64,000 nucleotides of DNA from Bacteroidaceae bacterium (GCA_017560125.1 JAFYOS010000027.1:98472-162471), one strand, 5' to 3'; positions 9,249 through 20,261 are shown, counted from the stretch's first letter. Numbers and translations are program-made. The notes: generated by a model not told the origin, from the letters alone.

Positions 9249-9737
9249 TTACTGCCATACAGTTTTCCACCCCTCTATGGCTATCATTATCAACAGCATG
9301 ATGCCGTAGATGAATTTTAGCCCGGTGGTGAGCATGAATGCGGCAAACGACATCAGTGCAGTCCTGATGGCTCTGTTGGCTGGTGTCTTTGCTATCAGTT
9401 CGCCTGCGAGAGCGCCCAGGAACGGCCCTGTTATTATTCCCCACGGCCCCATGAACAGTCCGACCAGCATGCCTATTCCCGCTCCCCATGTTCCATATTT
9501 CGATCCGCCGGTTTTTTTGGTGAGCCATATAGGGGCTATGTAGTCGAGCAGGGTTATCACCACCGCGGCAATACCATATATAATAATGGTGGTGCCGTCG
9601 ATGTCGTTGTTGTCGCACAGGCGTAACAGTAGCAGGCCTGCAAACGAGAGCGGAGGGCCGGGAATGACGGGTAAAATGGCACCTGCAAGACCGCATATGG
9701 CACAGATTAGCGCCAATAGAACTAATATATATTCCAT
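9249..9737 (-). CDS. DUF456-family small inner-membrane protein
   Basis: 162 aa with about 4 TM helices. The N-terminal LPVIPGPPLSFAGLLLL motif is characteristic of DUF456. Its start codon is 1 nt after the sprA stop. Confidence 0.7.
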   Translation of the reverse strand: MEYILVLLALICAICGLAGAILPVIPGPPLSFAGLLLLRLCDNNDIDGTTIIIYGIAAVVITLLDYIAPIWLTKKTGGSKYGTWGAGIGMLVGLFMGPWGIITGPFLGALAGELIAKTPANRAIRTALMSFAAFMLTTGLKFIYGIMLLIMIAIEGWKTVWQ

Positions 9738-9738
9738 G

Positions 9739-12700
9739 CTATCTTGTGAGTGAGAATTTAAGGCTAACGCCGAAGTCGGTGGTGGTTGTGGGGTACGAGC
9801 TTGCCGAAATAAGAGGTATCGTCTTCTTGCGTTCGAAGAAGAAGCTCATATTCAGCATCTTGCTGTATGTGTAGTCGGCCGACAGCGAGTAGTTGAACGA
9901 CTCGTTGCCACTGGTAGCCTGTGTGGTACCCTTGTCGATGCTTCGGCAGAGCGCTGTCATGTTCTTGAACGAGAAGCTTGCTCTCAGGTTCAGGTCGTTG
10001 CTCACCTTGTTGCTCTTGCTTGCCTTGCTGCTTGCACCCAGCATTTTCAGGTTCACAATCTTGTAGCCGGCGTTCAGTACAAGCTCCTTCGAATGTGTTT
10101 CTACAAGCTGTATGGCTGTTACGCTAAGGTTCAGCACGCGCGATTTCACATACTTCACGCCCAACGACAGGTTGTCGTTTGTTGTGACATCGATACCCAA
10201 TAGCGGCGAGAACGACTCGTTTATAGAGGCTGCGCCTATATTGAACTGGCTGCTGGGCACCGGCAAGCCTGTTGATGCGTTGTTGGTGTATCCAAGGCCG
10301 TTGGTATATTCCATGTATGTGGAGTATGTGCTGTACGAGCCCACCGAGTAGATGCTCTTGTAGCCGTGTGTAAGGTTCACGCTCTTGAAATGTTTTTGGA
10401 ACATTGGCAGCTTCGACAAGCCGGCATATTTTATGTTCCAGTTGGGCAGCATCTGTATGAACGACGGGAAGAGGTCGAGCAAGCTCTTCTTGCCGTCGCG
10501 TCCGCTGTAGGTGCTCAGGAATGCGGGGAGCATTACCTCGGCCGAGTATTTGTTGACCGTTCCATTCTCGGGGTTGAACAGCTGGCCGGCGAGGGCGCTG
10601 TTCTCGGGGTACATGGTGCCGGTATATTTGTCCTCGATGCGCTGTCTGATGCCCTCGAGGTTCGATACGAAGCGGTTGAATGTCGATGAACGGTAGTTGT
10701 TGCTCTCGCTACCCGTGTCGAATGAGTTGCCTATGCTGATGGTGGTCATAGAGAAGCCTCCCGACTGCGTTTCGGGCATTCCGGCATACATGTATTGTAT
10801 GTTGCGGCTCTTGTTGCGCTGCCAGTCGGCGTTCAGGTCAATCTTCACATCGGTAAGTGGCTCAAAAACGAATTTCAGCTTCAGGTCCTCGGCGGCGCTT
10901 GTCGATGCCTGTACGGCCACGCTGTCGTTGCACAGTAACCAGCCATTGTCGTAGGCGCGCTGCAGATAGCTGTCGTCGGTCAATCCGAATGCAAAATCGA
11001 TGCCGGGTGCATACGAGCCGCCCAGTTTGCTCTGGCCCAGCATGTCGCCGGCGTTGGGCATGAAGCCGGGGAGCGACATCGAGTAGTTGTTCGTGTAGCT
11101 TACCGACATGCTGCGCAACGACATCAGGAAGCGTGCAGGATACTGCATCCTCTTCATGAATTCGGTGTCCTCGCTCTTGAATTCGGGGGTGATGGTGAGC
11201 TTCAATGGAATGGTGTCCTTGCTCTTGATAATTATGTTGTTCTCGTCCACCACCTTGTATTTCAGCTTATAGGGGCGTCCCTTCTTGGTGCGCGCGTTTA
11301 TTACGAGCTTCTTGTTTTTCAGGCCGTGTGCCAAGGGTAATACACTGTCGGGGCGCAGAGTAATCTCTGTGCGGAACGGTTTTATCTTGGCCTTTTTCTT
11401 CTCCTTTTCTTTCTTGTTCTTGGCTGCGGCACCGCTGGCGAAGCGCTTGTTCGTCTCCTCAAGGTAGGGCGACAGGTTGTACAGTTTCACCAGGTCGAAA
11501 TTGCCGTTTACGGTTATGTTGCGCTTGTTGGCAATGGTGTTGCCGTAGTTTATGCCCGATGCGTTGTTGCCTCGTGCCCAGTTGTACGACGACGAGTAGT
11601 TGGCATCGATTGTTGTCCATTCGAATATGGGCAGCTTGTTTATGGGCAGCGAATACGATGCCGTGAAGCTCTGTTGGTAGCTCAATGGGCGTCCCAGGTT
11701 GTTTATGCTGTGCATCACCGAGTCCTTCCAGATGGCATATTCGTCGGGGTAACGGCTTTTGTTCACCGGCATGTAGGGCTCCTCAATCTCGGCGTTGGTG
11801 CCGGTCTGCAGGTTGGTGCGCAGATTGGTTGTGGGGTCCCACTTCAGTGTCATGTTGCGGTTCCAGTAGAACTGCTGCGAGAAATTGAGCGGTGTTGCGG
11901 TCTGGTCGTATGTATTGCTCAGGTCGCGTGTCTGTATTTCGTAGTACGAACGCGTCATGTCGGTGTTGAGCGAGAGGCTCTGCGGCAACGGGTTTATACC
12001 GAACTCCTTGAATATGTTCCACCACTTCGATTTGCTCTTTATATCCTTGAAGGGCTTGATGGTCTTTATAGGGTTGTTATAGGCATATGCGGCAGTAGCC
12101 TTCCAGTTGAGCCTGTTCTCCCAGCTGATGGTGCTTCCGCTGTTGTTTGTGCGCGAATATGAGTATCCGAATGTGAAGTTCGCGGGGTCGTAGGGCATGG
12201 GCTTCTTGCTGGCTATTCCCACCTTGGCGTTGCTCAGGCTGAAATTGCGTGTCGTAGAACGGGTTTCGGCAATATCCTTTATTGAATCCTGCTGCACTCC
12301 GGTGTACGAATCGATTACATCCTCGAGCAACAGGTCGGTCTCGAACGGGCTGTATAGCGGCGATTTTATCTCGCTCGACATTGAGTAGTAGAGCGGCAGT
12401 GCCACCTTGGCCTTCTTGGGGAAGAAGCGGCCGAAATCGAATGTACCTGTTACCGAATATTTATAGTAGTCGTCGGTGCGTCGCGAAGCCAGCTTGTCCT
12501 CCAAACCGCCAAATCCGGCAGTTTCCACCTTGCCCTGTGCGGCAAGGCTTCCGAGGTCCGACAGCTTTATGTTCAGGTTGCCCTGAGCAGCCCAACCGCT
12601 CTTGTTATTGAAGCCGAGCATGCGCATTTCGTTTACCCAAACGATTGCCGATTTGGGCGTGCCGGTGTTGTTGCGCACACCTATCATCATCACCTTTACC

Positions 12701-15700
12701 TGTCCCAGCGAGGGGTTACCGATGACGCTTATACGGTTTTTGGGCTTCTCTTCGTCGTACTCGCTATATATGGTCGTGTTGTTCACGCCTGCGGTGTGTG
12801 CGTTGCGCAGGGTGTTACGTTTTACCTTTATGGCTGTGAGCTTGGCGAGCGGTATATCGAGCATGTTGGCCTCGGGCCACACGGCGTTGCTCGACATGCT
12901 GCTGTATGCATCGTATGTGCCGTGGGGGGTCAGCTTCAACGGTATTTCATATTCGTAGTAGTTGCTCTTGTAGTCCGAGCCCAATCGTACGAACAGCGAC
13001 ATGTCGTTGTCGCTAAGCTGGTCGCCATCCATTTCGGGGGCTTCGGCATGTGCGAATACCTGTATTCTTTCGTACTGTCGTATGTCGAGCGTGCTTTTCT
13101 TGTAAACAGCACGCGACTCCTTGGCGCCGAGGTCGTTCACCTGCAGCGAGAGTGCCTGCTCGTTGTCCTGTCGCAACTGCGGTTGCTCGGGGTCGAGGAT
13201 GCGCGAAATGCCCGGGGGCAGCACGTAGTTTACGGGCTGGCGGTCGCCATGCTCCTCTATATTTACGGCCGACATTACAAGCTCGCCGCTGACGGTGGGC
13301 GATACGTTGTTTGTCGATGCAATGGCGTTCATGTAGGGGCGCCAGTCGCCGCGCACCAGTTTCAGTGTGGCGAAGCGCAGTGTTACGGGCTTGCGGAAAT
13401 TGGTGAGGTACATACGCATGAAACGTATCGATGTGAAATCGCGTATGGTGCCCACAACCTTCTCGTAGTCGTCGATGGGTATGCGGAATTTGTACCAATC
13501 GACGCTTTCGGTTTCGCCATTGCGCAGCTTGGCGGTCACGGTGCGTTTGTCCGATATGTAGTTGCGGCCCACCTGCATGTCCTGTCGGCGCAACGATATT
13601 TTGTACTGGAAGAAATTCTCGTACTCGTCCATCGTGAAGTCCTGGTTGGCATCCTCGATGTCGGGTGTGGTCTTTGCCGAGGTGTTGTAGCTTTCGTTCG
13701 ACGCGCCCGATGTAGCCGAGTTGCCTTCGGGGTTGTTGTAGTATTTATATCGGTTGAAAATGTTCAGTTGTGCGTCGTCGTAGTCCGAACCGCGATAGTG
13801 ATGGTAGTTGTCGTTGGCGGGGTCGGCTGCGATGCTGTCGAATACTTCGCTCCTTACCTTGCCGCGAATGGCGTCGAGGTAGTTTGCATATGTGGGGAAT
13901 GCTGCCTCGTCGCTGCTTGCGAGGCCGTTGAAACCGATATCCTGCTGTGTGCGACTGCCGGCGTTGTTGTCGAATGCATATACAAGGCTCGATGTGATGG
14001 GCACACGTCCCCATACGGTCTCCTCGTAGCCGTAGTTGTTGCTGCTTGCGGGCAAGCCGTTCTCGAAGAATTTCTTTCCATCCTTCAGCACATCCTCTGA
14101 CACCTCGCCCAGGTTTATGTAGAAATCACCTCCACCGTCGGCATCGTCGTAGATGAAGGGGTCGAGCAACCAAAATTCGATATACTGCACGTTGGCGGTC
14201 TCGAAGTCGGTGGTGGTCAGCTGGCGTGTAATACCGGCCCAGCGCTTTTCGGGCATGGTCAGTTTACCGTCATAGGTGAGGTCGGGGTCGAGGTTGTATG
14301 GGCCACGCTCCGAGGGGTAGTACGATATGTTCATCAACGACAGGGTCGATGACTCTTCATAGGTCGATTCCTTGTTCGGATAGAGCTCGCGTTGATACAC
14401 CTCGCGCAGATAGTGATTCGACAACTGCTGAAGGTCGCTCTTGATGTGCGACGGGGTGAGCGACGAGCTTCTTCGGGTGAATAGCGGGTCTATGGTGTAC
14501 CAGTTTATAAGTGCGCGGTTATATCCGGTGAGGATGTTGTTCGTCAGGCCATAGTTGGGCATGCCTGTGGGGATGGCGGCGAGCACCCACGCCGAGGGCG
14601 AATCGAGGTCGATGCCGTTTTCGGTGCTTTCGAAATCGTCGATGTACGATGCGTTGCTCTGCACTTCGTCCGATGTGCCGGCCTCGAGCTTGGCAAATTC
14701 AGCGGTGAGGTTTATGCTCGATGGTGCGGCGCAGCTGAGCAGCGGCAAGCGGTCGAGCAGGGTGGTGAGCCATTGTGTCTGCTTCTTCCACGACATGTTG
14801 AGGCCCCAAATGACATTGTTCAGTGGCTCGGAGCCCATGTCAACCTTCGAAGTGAGCGGTTTTTCGGTGAGCGACATCACCGTACCGCCGAATTTTAGGT
14901 CGGCCGAGTAGTCGTACATCCAGTTCAAGCCGAGCATGGTCTTGCGCTGCATGTTGAAGAGGGTGTTGCTCTCGAGCGACACCTGTACGGCTGTTCCTGC
15001 GTCGATGATGCTCTGGTTCACAATGGTTATTATACCGGCTGCGTAGTCAACGGTGTAGTCGCTGTTCTCTACCAGTGTCACTCCGCCGGCGGTTACGGTT
15101 ACCGAACCCTTGGGAATGTTCATAGAACCTGTCTGTATGACGTTGGCCGACGAACCGGTGTATTCACCGATAAGATAAAATTTATCCTTTTCGGCCAGTT
15201 GTCGTGCAACGGTCTTGGTCGAGTCGTACAGCTCCTGATAGATATATTTTTCGGCGATGGCGCCGTTGCCTATCTTCTTTTTCAGATTATCGCCGAAGGG
15301 CTCGACGGTGGGGAAGAATATTCGTCCCGACGATGCTTGTACGGTGAAGCCCTCGACGAAATCGAAGATGCCGTTGGGCGCCTCCTTCGAGTTGTTGGCG
15401 TCCAAGCGGTCGAGGTTCATCATCCTCAGCAGCGGGGTGTTCTTCAAATGCTCCTCGGGCAGATATGTGATGTTGGTACCAAGGCTGTCGCTTGCGTAAT
15501 ATACCTCGAGCTTGAAGTCGGTGCTTTTCAGACTGCGTGCTCCAAGGTTATATACGTTTTTCATCATAAGATCCCAGCAGCCGTTCTGTGGTGAGCACGA
15601 ATTGGGCTTCAACAATTTCACCAACAGGGTAGCCGATGATTCTTTCTGGTCCGAAGCGAATTCACCCACCTGATAGGTCTTGCCGCCATAGGTGTATTCG

Positions 15701-17121
15701 AATGCTACGGCGAGCACTTCGTCGGCACGCAGGGCGTTGCGCAACGAAATGTAACCCAACTGCTTGTTGATGGTATATTCCGATGCCGACAGCAGGCGTG
15801 CGTTCGATATCTTTTCGTAGTCGAGGCCGCCGTTAAATCCGTTTATGCCGCTGAATGTGGCGTTAACCTTGTCTATGTCGCGTATGTCGGCATAGCTGTT
15901 GTTCATGGTGGGGTAGAGGTCGTTGGTGTTGTTCGACGGCAGGCTGTTACCACCGGTCGCGTCCCACATGTCGTTGCTTATGTGCGAGGCCTCACCCAAG
16001 TCGGTGAATGCCACTATGTTTCGCGGGTTGGTGAAATCGCTTCGTTTGTTTGTCACCCACACCTCGACGCGGTTAATCGTTATACCCGAAACGATGGTCG
16101 GCAACTGCGCCATGGAGCGGTCGTAGTTGTCGCGGAAGTAGTGGGCAAGGAAGAAGTGACGGTTTTCGTCGTAGTTCGATATTTCTATTTCGAAGGTTGT
16201 AAGCTGTGTGCCGCCCTTGGAATTGACCACTGTGCTGCTCGAATTTTTCTGCGACACGACGGCCTGCAACGACAATTTGCCGAACTGCATGTCGGTGCGT
16301 ACACCGAATAGCGATGTTGCACCCTTTATCAGCGACGAATTTGTGCCGAAGGATATGTTGCCGGCCTCAATCAGCTTGAATACCTCGTCCTCCTTACCTT
16401 CGTATTTAAGGCTTATCTTTTTTGTGTCGTAGTTGAAGGTGGCCTCGGTGTTGTAATTGAAATCGAGGTTCATCTTGTCGCCTACGTTACCCTTTACGTT
16501 TAGGTTGATGAGCTCGTCGAAATTGAAACTATTCGTTTCGCGGCTTCGCTGCGGCAACGAGGGGTTATCCACCTTGTTCATTTGGAAGCCTATCTTCATT
16601 TCGGCGCTTCCCTGTGTCTTTATGCGCACACCGCCGGGGCCGAAGAGCTTTTCGGCTGGGCCCAGGTCGAACTGCATGTCGCTGAAATCGAATTTGTCAC
16701 CCTTGCTCAGCTTTTCGAATTCCTCTTGGTTTTTCTTCCTGAAATAGCGTTGCAACGAGCTCTGCATCTTGTTTTTGGCATACTCCTCCTGTGACAGGAT
16801 GAAGGGTACTCCGAATTTTGTTTCACCCATCTTTGTGGTGATGCTGTAGGTGCTGTCCTTCTCGTTGTATGTGGTGTCGAGCTTTATGTTGTCGGGGTGG
16901 CGCAAGTCCATGGGCAGCTGCTTGAGCTCTTTCTCGCTTTCGGGAATGACGTTCGATACGGGGTAGCGAGCCGATACCGTGTCGCGGTAGAGCTGCTTCT
17001 CCATCTTCTCGCGTCTTATGCGCTCACGCCTTCGTTGCGAACGCGTGCTGTCAATCTGTGCGAATATGGTGGTCACATTCACACAGAGCAACAACAATAT
17101 TATTAGCGTGCGCAATTTCAT
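9739..17121 (-). CDS. sprA: T9SS translocon SprA (Sov)
   Basis: 2460 aa. Signal peptide ends TIFA|Q, followed by a basic region. The size and the long beta-rich sequence, N-terminal region included, are characteristic of the cell surface protein SprA. Confidence 0.9.
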   Translation of the reverse strand: MKLRTLIILLLLCVNVTTIFAQIDSTRSQRRRERIRREKMEKQLYRDTVSARYPVSNVIPESEKELKQLPMDLRHPDNIKLDTTYNEKDSTYSITTKMGETKFGVPFILSQEEYAKNKMQSSLQRYFRKKNQEEFEKLSKGDKFDFSDMQFDLGPAEKLFGPGGVRIKTQGSAEMKIGFQMNKVDNPSLPQRSRETNSFNFDELINLNVKGNVGDKMNLDFNYNTEATFNYDTKKISLKYEGKEDEVFKLIEAGNISFGTNSSLIKGATSLFGVRTDMQFGKLSLQAVVSQKNSSSTVVNSKGGTQLTTFEIEISNYDENRHFFLAHYFRDNYDRSMAQLPTIVSGITINRVEVWVTNKRSDFTNPRNIVAFTDLGEASHISNDMWDATGGNSLPSNNTNDLYPTMNNSYADIRDIDKVNATFSGINGFNGGLDYEKISNARLLSASEYTINKQLGYISLRNALRADEVLAVAFEYTYGGKTYQVGEFASDQKESSATLLVKLLKPNSCSPQNGCWDLMMKNVYNLGARSLKSTDFKLEVYYASDSLGTNITYLPEEHLKNTPLLRMMNLDRLDANNSKEAPNGIFDFVEGFTVQASSGRIFFPTVEPFGDNLKKKIGNGAIAEKYIYQELYDSTKTVARQLAEKDKFYLIGEYTGSSANVIQTGSMNIPKGSVTVTAGGVTLVENSDYTVDYAAGIITIVNQSIIDAGTAVQVSLESNTLFNMQRKTMLGLNWMYDYSADLKFGGTVMSLTEKPLTSKVDMGSEPLNNVIWGLNMSWKKQTQWLTTLLDRLPLLSCAAPSSINLTAEFAKLEAGTSDEVQSNASYIDDFESTENGIDLDSPSAWVLAAIPTGMPNYGLTNNILTGYNRALINWYTIDPLFTRRSSSLTPSHIKSDLQQLSNHYLREVYQRELYPNKESTYEESSTLSLMNISYYPSERGPYNLDPDLTYDGKLTMPEKRWAGITRQLTTTDFETANVQYIEFWLLDPFIYDDADGGGDFYINLGEVSEDVLKDGKKFFENGLPASSNNYGYEETVWGRVPITSSLVYAFDNNAGSRTQQDIGFNGLASSDEAAFPTYANYLDAIRGKVRSEVFDSIAADPANDNYHHYRGSDYDDAQLNIFNRYKYYNNPEGNSATSGASNESYNTSAKTTPDIEDANQDFTMDEYENFFQYKISLRRQDMQVGRNYISDKRTVTAKLRNGETESVDWYKFRIPIDDYEKVVGTIRDFTSIRFMRMYLTNFRKPVTLRFATLKLVRGDWRPYMNAIASTNNVSPTVSGELVMSAVNIEEHGDRQPVNYVLPPGISRILDPEQPQLRQDNEQALSLQVNDLGAKESRAVYKKSTLDIRQYERIQVFAHAEAPEMDGDQLSDNDMSLFVRLGSDYKSNYYEYEIPLKLTPHGTYDAYSSMSSNAVWPEANMLDIPLAKLTAIKVKRNTLRNAHTAGVNNTTIYSEYDEEKPKNRISVIGNPSLGQVKVMMIGVRNNTGTPKSAIVWVNEMRMLGFNNKSGWAAQGNLNIKLSDLGSLAAQGKVETAGFGGLEDKLASRRTDDYYKYSVTGTFDFGRFFPKKAKVALPLYYSMSSEIKSPLYSPFETDLLLEDVIDSYTGVQQDSIKDIAETRSTTRNFSLSNAKVGIASKKPMPYDPANFTFGYSYSRTNNSGSTISWENRLNWKATAAYAYNNPIKTIKPFKDIKSKSKWWNIFKEFGINPLPQSLSLNTDMTRSYYEIQTRDLSNTYDQTATPLNFSQQFYWNRNMTLKWDPTTNLRTNLQTGTNAEIEEPYMPVNKSRYPDEYAIWKDSVMHSINNLGRPLSYQQSFTASYSLPINKLPIFEWTTIDANYSSSYNWARGNNASGINYGNTIANKRNITVNGNFDLVKLYNLSPYLEETNKRFASGAAAKNKKEKEKKKAKIKPFRTEITLRPDSVLPLAHGLKNKKLVINARTKKGRPYKLKYKVVDENNIIIKSKDTIPLKLTITPEFKSEDTEFMKRMQYPARFLMSLRSMSVSYTNNYSMSLPGFMPNAGDMLGQSKLGGSYAPGIDFAFGLTDDSYLQRAYDNGWLLCNDSVAVQASTSAAEDLKLKFVFEPLTDVKIDLNADWQRNKSRNIQYMYAGMPETQSGGFSMTTISIGNSFDTGSESNNYRSSTFNRFVSNLEGIRQRIEDKYTGTMYPENSALAGQLFNPENGTVNKYSAEVMLPAFLSTYSGRDGKKSLLDLFPSFIQMLPNWNIKYAGLSKLPMFQKHFKSVNLTHGYKSIYSVGSYSTYSTYMEYTNGLGYTNNASTGLPVPSSQFNIGAASINESFSPLLGIDVTTNDNLSLGVKYVKSRVLNLSVTAIQLVETHSKELVLNAGYKIVNLKMLGASSKASKSNKVSNDLNLRASFSFKNMTALCRSIDKGTTQATSGNESFNYSLSADYTYSKMLNMSFFFERKKTIPLISASSYPTTTTDFGVSLKFSLTR

Positions 17122-17130
17122 TTCTTGGAA

Positions 17131-17727
17131 TTATAACTGTTTGAGTGCCAATTTTATCAGCTGTTCCACGGTGGCCTCGGGCTGCTCTTTGGCAATGCCT
17201 TGTACCACCTTATTGGCTGCTGCTGCGGGGAAACCAAGCATGATGAGCGCCGATACGGCCTCGCCCACTGTTTCCTTGTCTATCTGCGGTGCCACGGCTG
17301 TTGCGGCGGTGGGTATTCCGGCTGCGATGCCCACTATTTTGTCCTTGAGCTCCACTATGATACGCTGGGCGGTCTTCAGGCCTATGCCCTTGACGCCTTT
17401 AAGTGTCTTTTCGTCGCCCGAAGCTATCACATCGCACAATTCGCCAATGGTGAATGCCGACAAAATGGTGCGTGCCGTGTTGCCGCCGATACCCGAAACG
17501 GATATGAGCAGCAGAAAAAGCTCGCGCTCCTGCTTGTTGAAGAAGCCGAACAGCTGGTGGGTGTCCTCGCGGATGACTTCGTAGATGTATAGTTTTGTGT
17601 CCTTTTTGCCCTGTATGGCGCTATATGTGTTGAGTGTGATGCTTGCCTCGTAACCCACTCCGGCACAATCTATTACGGCGGTGGCGGGGGTAAGCTCGGC
17701 TATTTCTCCTCTTAAATATTCAATCAT
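17131..17727 (-). CDS. ruvA: Holliday junction branch migration complex subunit RuvA
   Basis: 198 aa. MIEYLRGEI....[10 protein letters not shown]-terminus and GIG helix-hairpin-helix repeats ([21 protein letters not shown]). Confidence 0.95.
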   Translation of the reverse strand: MIEYLRGEIAELTPATAVIDCAGVGYEASITLNTYSAIQGKKDTKLYIYEVIREDTHQLFGFFNKQERELFLLLISVSGIGGNTARTILSAFTIGELCDVIASGDEKTLKGVKGIGLKTAQRIIVELKDKIVGIAAGIPTAATAVAPQIDKETVGEAVSALIMLGFPAAAANKVVQGIAKEQPEATVEQLIKLALKQL

Positions 17728-17819
17728 AGTAATCTCTCTTTATCTACTTTTTAACGCAAATTTGTGCTTATTATTGTGTGTTTTTCCAATAAGAAGCCTG
17801 CTCTTTGCGAAGTATCATG

Positions 17820-17827
17820 CAAAAATA
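17820..17827 (-). promoter_or_regulatory. Candidate -7 promoter box (TATTTTTG on the minus strand) for the ruvA-sprA operon
   Basis: Exact TAnnTTTG match about 95 nt upstream of the ruvA ATG. Confidence 0.4.
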
Positions 17828-17906
17828 GATTAAAATTGCCGTATTATCAAGTTGTTTCGTGTTTGAATTTGTTTATTCGCTGTTTGACGAGCGAAATAGT
17901 TATTTG

Positions 17907-17956
17907 CAAAAGCTCAGGGGATTGGACTAATTTGTTTTCAGTCCAATCCCCTGAGC
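17907..17956 (-). terminator. Intrinsic terminator downstream of the aldehyde dehydrogenase gene
   Basis: Perfect 17-bp inverted repeat gctcaggggattggact/agtccaatcccctgagc with an 11-nt loop, followed on the minus strand by TTTT. Confidence 0.6.
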
Positions 17957-17998
17957 GTGGTTTTTCTCCCTAGCGATTGCTTGGGAATATGTGGCTTG

Positions 17999-19357
17999 TT
18001 ATAGAATTTTCTTTACAAGTCCGAACATTTTGTAGGGCATGTATCTGAACGGCAGGTCGAGCCATGTGGGGGTGATTACCAGCGAACGCTTGTGCGAGAA
18101 GGCGTTGAAGCTCTCCTCGCCGTGGTAGTGTCCCATGCCCGAATTTCCTACGCCGCCAAAGGGTATTTTCTCGTTCGCAATGTGCATGATGGTGTCGTTT
18201 ATACATGCTCCGCCCGACGAGGTGCGGCGAATGATTTCCATTCCTTTTTTCTCGCTGCCGAAATAGTAGAGCGCGAGCGGCTTCTCTCTTTTTGTTACAA
18301 ATGCCAATGCCTCTTCGCTCTTCTCGAAGGTCATCATGGGGAGCACGGGGCCGAATATCTCCTCTTGCATTACCGGCGCCTTCTCATCGACATCGGCGAG
18401 CAGCGTGGGCTCAATGTAACGCTCTTTCATGTTGGTGGTGCCGCCCGATACTATTCGTCCATCCTTCAGGTAGGTCGATACTCGTTCGAATGCGCGGTCG
18501 CTCACCATGCGCACGAAGTGCTTGCTCTTCTGTATGTCGGTGCCGTGCAGGCGTGTAAGCGCCTCGCGGAATTCCGTTGCGAATTCATCGGCTATCGATT
18601 TGTGTATGAGCAGGTAATCGGGTGCAATGCAGGTCTGTCCGGCGTTCAGCGTCTTGCCCCATGCGATGCGTCGTGCGGCCATTTTTATGTCGGCCTCTTT
18701 ATCCACTATGCAGGGGCTCTTGCCACCGAGCTCCAGCACCACGGGGGTCAGGTGGCGTGCAGCAGCCTGCATCACCTCTTTGCCCAAAGCGGGGCTTCCG
18801 GTGAAGAATATTATGTCGAAGCGCTCCTCGAAGAGCCTTTTGTTCACCTCTCTGTTGCCCTGCACAATGGCTACGTATTCCTCGGCAAATGTCTCTTTTA
18901 TCATCTGCTCGATGGTGGCCGACACGTTGGGAACGTACGGCGATGGCTTGAGTAGTGCGGTGCATCCGGCCGAAATGGCGCCCACCAACGGGTTCAGCAA
19001 CAGCTGCACGGGGTAGTTCCACGGCGACACGATGAGTGCGTTGCCCAAGGGTTCGCTTATGGTGTAACTGCTCGACGGCATCATTTTCAACGGCGTGGCG
19101 CAGCGTTTGCGCTTCATCCATTTTTTCAGATTGGACATGTGGTTCTTTATCTCGCCGCTGACGATGCTCAGCTCGGTGAGGATGGCCTCTTGTGCCGATT
19201 TGTGCAAATCCTTCCATAGTGCTTCGCACAAGGGGGCTTCCCACTTTTTTAGTGCCGATTGCAGATTTTTCAGCTGCTGCTGTCGGAATTCATACGACAG
19301 GGTGGTGCCTGTGGCGAAGAACTTCCTTTGGCTATCGATGATATTTTTTATTTCCAT
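17999..19357 (-). CDS. Aldehyde dehydrogenase family protein (ALDH3-like, NAD(P)+)
   Basis: 452 aa. ALDH motifs are present: FTGS..GK, ELGGKSP, and the catalytic Cys context GQTCIAPDY. Confidence 0.9.
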   Translation of the reverse strand: MEIKNIIDSQRKFFATGTTLSYEFRQQQLKNLQSALKKWEAPLCEALWKDLHKSAQEAILTELSIVSGEIKNHMSNLKKWMKRKRCATPLKMMPSSSYTISEPLGNALIVSPWNYPVQLLLNPLVGAISAGCTALLKPSPYVPNVSATIEQMIKETFAEEYVAIVQGNREVNKRLFEERFDIIFFTGSPALGKEVMQAAARHLTPVVLELGGKSPCIVDKEADIKMAARRIAWGKTLNAGQTCIAPDYLLIHKSIADEFATEFREALTRLHGTDIQKSKHFVRMVSDRAFERVSTYLKDGRIVSGGTTNMKERYIEPTLLADVDEKAPVMQEEIFGPVLPMMTFEKSEEALAFVTKREKPLALYYFGSEKKGMEIIRRTSSGGACINDTIMHIANEKIPFGGVGNSGMGHYHGEESFNAFSHKRSLVITPTWLDLPFRYMPYKMFGLVKKIL

Positions 19358-19417
19358 TTATTCACTCTTTTCTCTGTGCAAAGATACTCCTATATACTAT
19401 ATGAAGCGAATGTTCTG

Positions 19418-20227
19418 TTATTTTCTTCCGGTGAAATGGTCCATAGCCGAGAAGATACCCACCCATTTGCCGAAGATGACATCGAACCACGATGTAGGCA
19501 GAAGGCCCTGGCACATTCTGATGAAATGGAATCCGAAGGGTATGCCCTTGAAATCCCTGTTCTTCTCGATGGCACGCAAAATCTTGCGCGAGGTCTTTTC
19601 GGGGTCGAGTATGGGGAAAAAACGCGATTTTACACCGTCGAACATGCCGGTGTTTATGAAGTAGGGCGCAACGGTTGTTATGTGGACATTGCTTTTAGCC
19701 TGTTTCAGCTCTATTCTCACCGAGTCGGACCAACCGATTACCGCCCATTTGCTCGCTGCATAGACCGACATCTTGGGGTTGGAAAGCATACCCGCCGCCG
19801 ATGCGATGTTGCATATGTGTCCCTTGTCGCGTGCAATCATTTTGGGTAATGCCTGCAGGGCTATTGTCATGGGTGCTACCGAATTGATGGCGATGGTGCG
19901 CTCAATGTCGGTGATGCTCTGCTTATCGAATGTCTTGTTGCCGGTTACGATTCCCGCGCAGTTTATCACAATGTCGATGTCGCCACATTCCTCGCTTGTC
20001 TTCGCGAAGCACTCCTCAACGGCCTTGCTGTCCGAAATATCTATCTTGTATCCCTTTACGCAGCCCAGCTTACCGAATTCGGCAATGGTGCTCTCGATGC
20101 TTTTCTCGTTTATATCCCATATTACAAGGCAACGTGCCTTCTTCTCCAATGCCATGCGTCCCATGATGCGTCCGATGCCAGATGCACCGCCGGTGATGAG
20201 TACGCAGCTTCCTTTAATCTTTGTCAT
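19418..20227 (-). CDS. SDR-family oxidoreductase
   Basis: 269 aa. TGGASGIG Rossmann motif, NCAG, and the YAASK catalytic motif. Confidence 0.9.
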   Translation of the reverse strand: MTKIKGSCVLITGGASGIGRIMGRMALEKKARCLVIWDINEKSIESTIAEFGKLGCVKGYKIDISDSKAVEECFAKTSEECGDIDIVINCAGIVTGNKTFDKQSITDIERTIAINSVAPMTIALQALPKMIARDKGHICNIASAAGMLSNPKMSVYAASKWAVIGWSDSVRIELKQAKSNVHITTVAPYFINTGMFDGVKSRFFPILDPEKTSRKILRAIEKNRDFKGIPFGFHFIRMCQGLLPTSWFDVIFGKWVGIFSAMDHFTGRK

Positions 20228-20261
20228 TTGTTGTTTTGTTATTTCAATCTTTAATCTGTAA

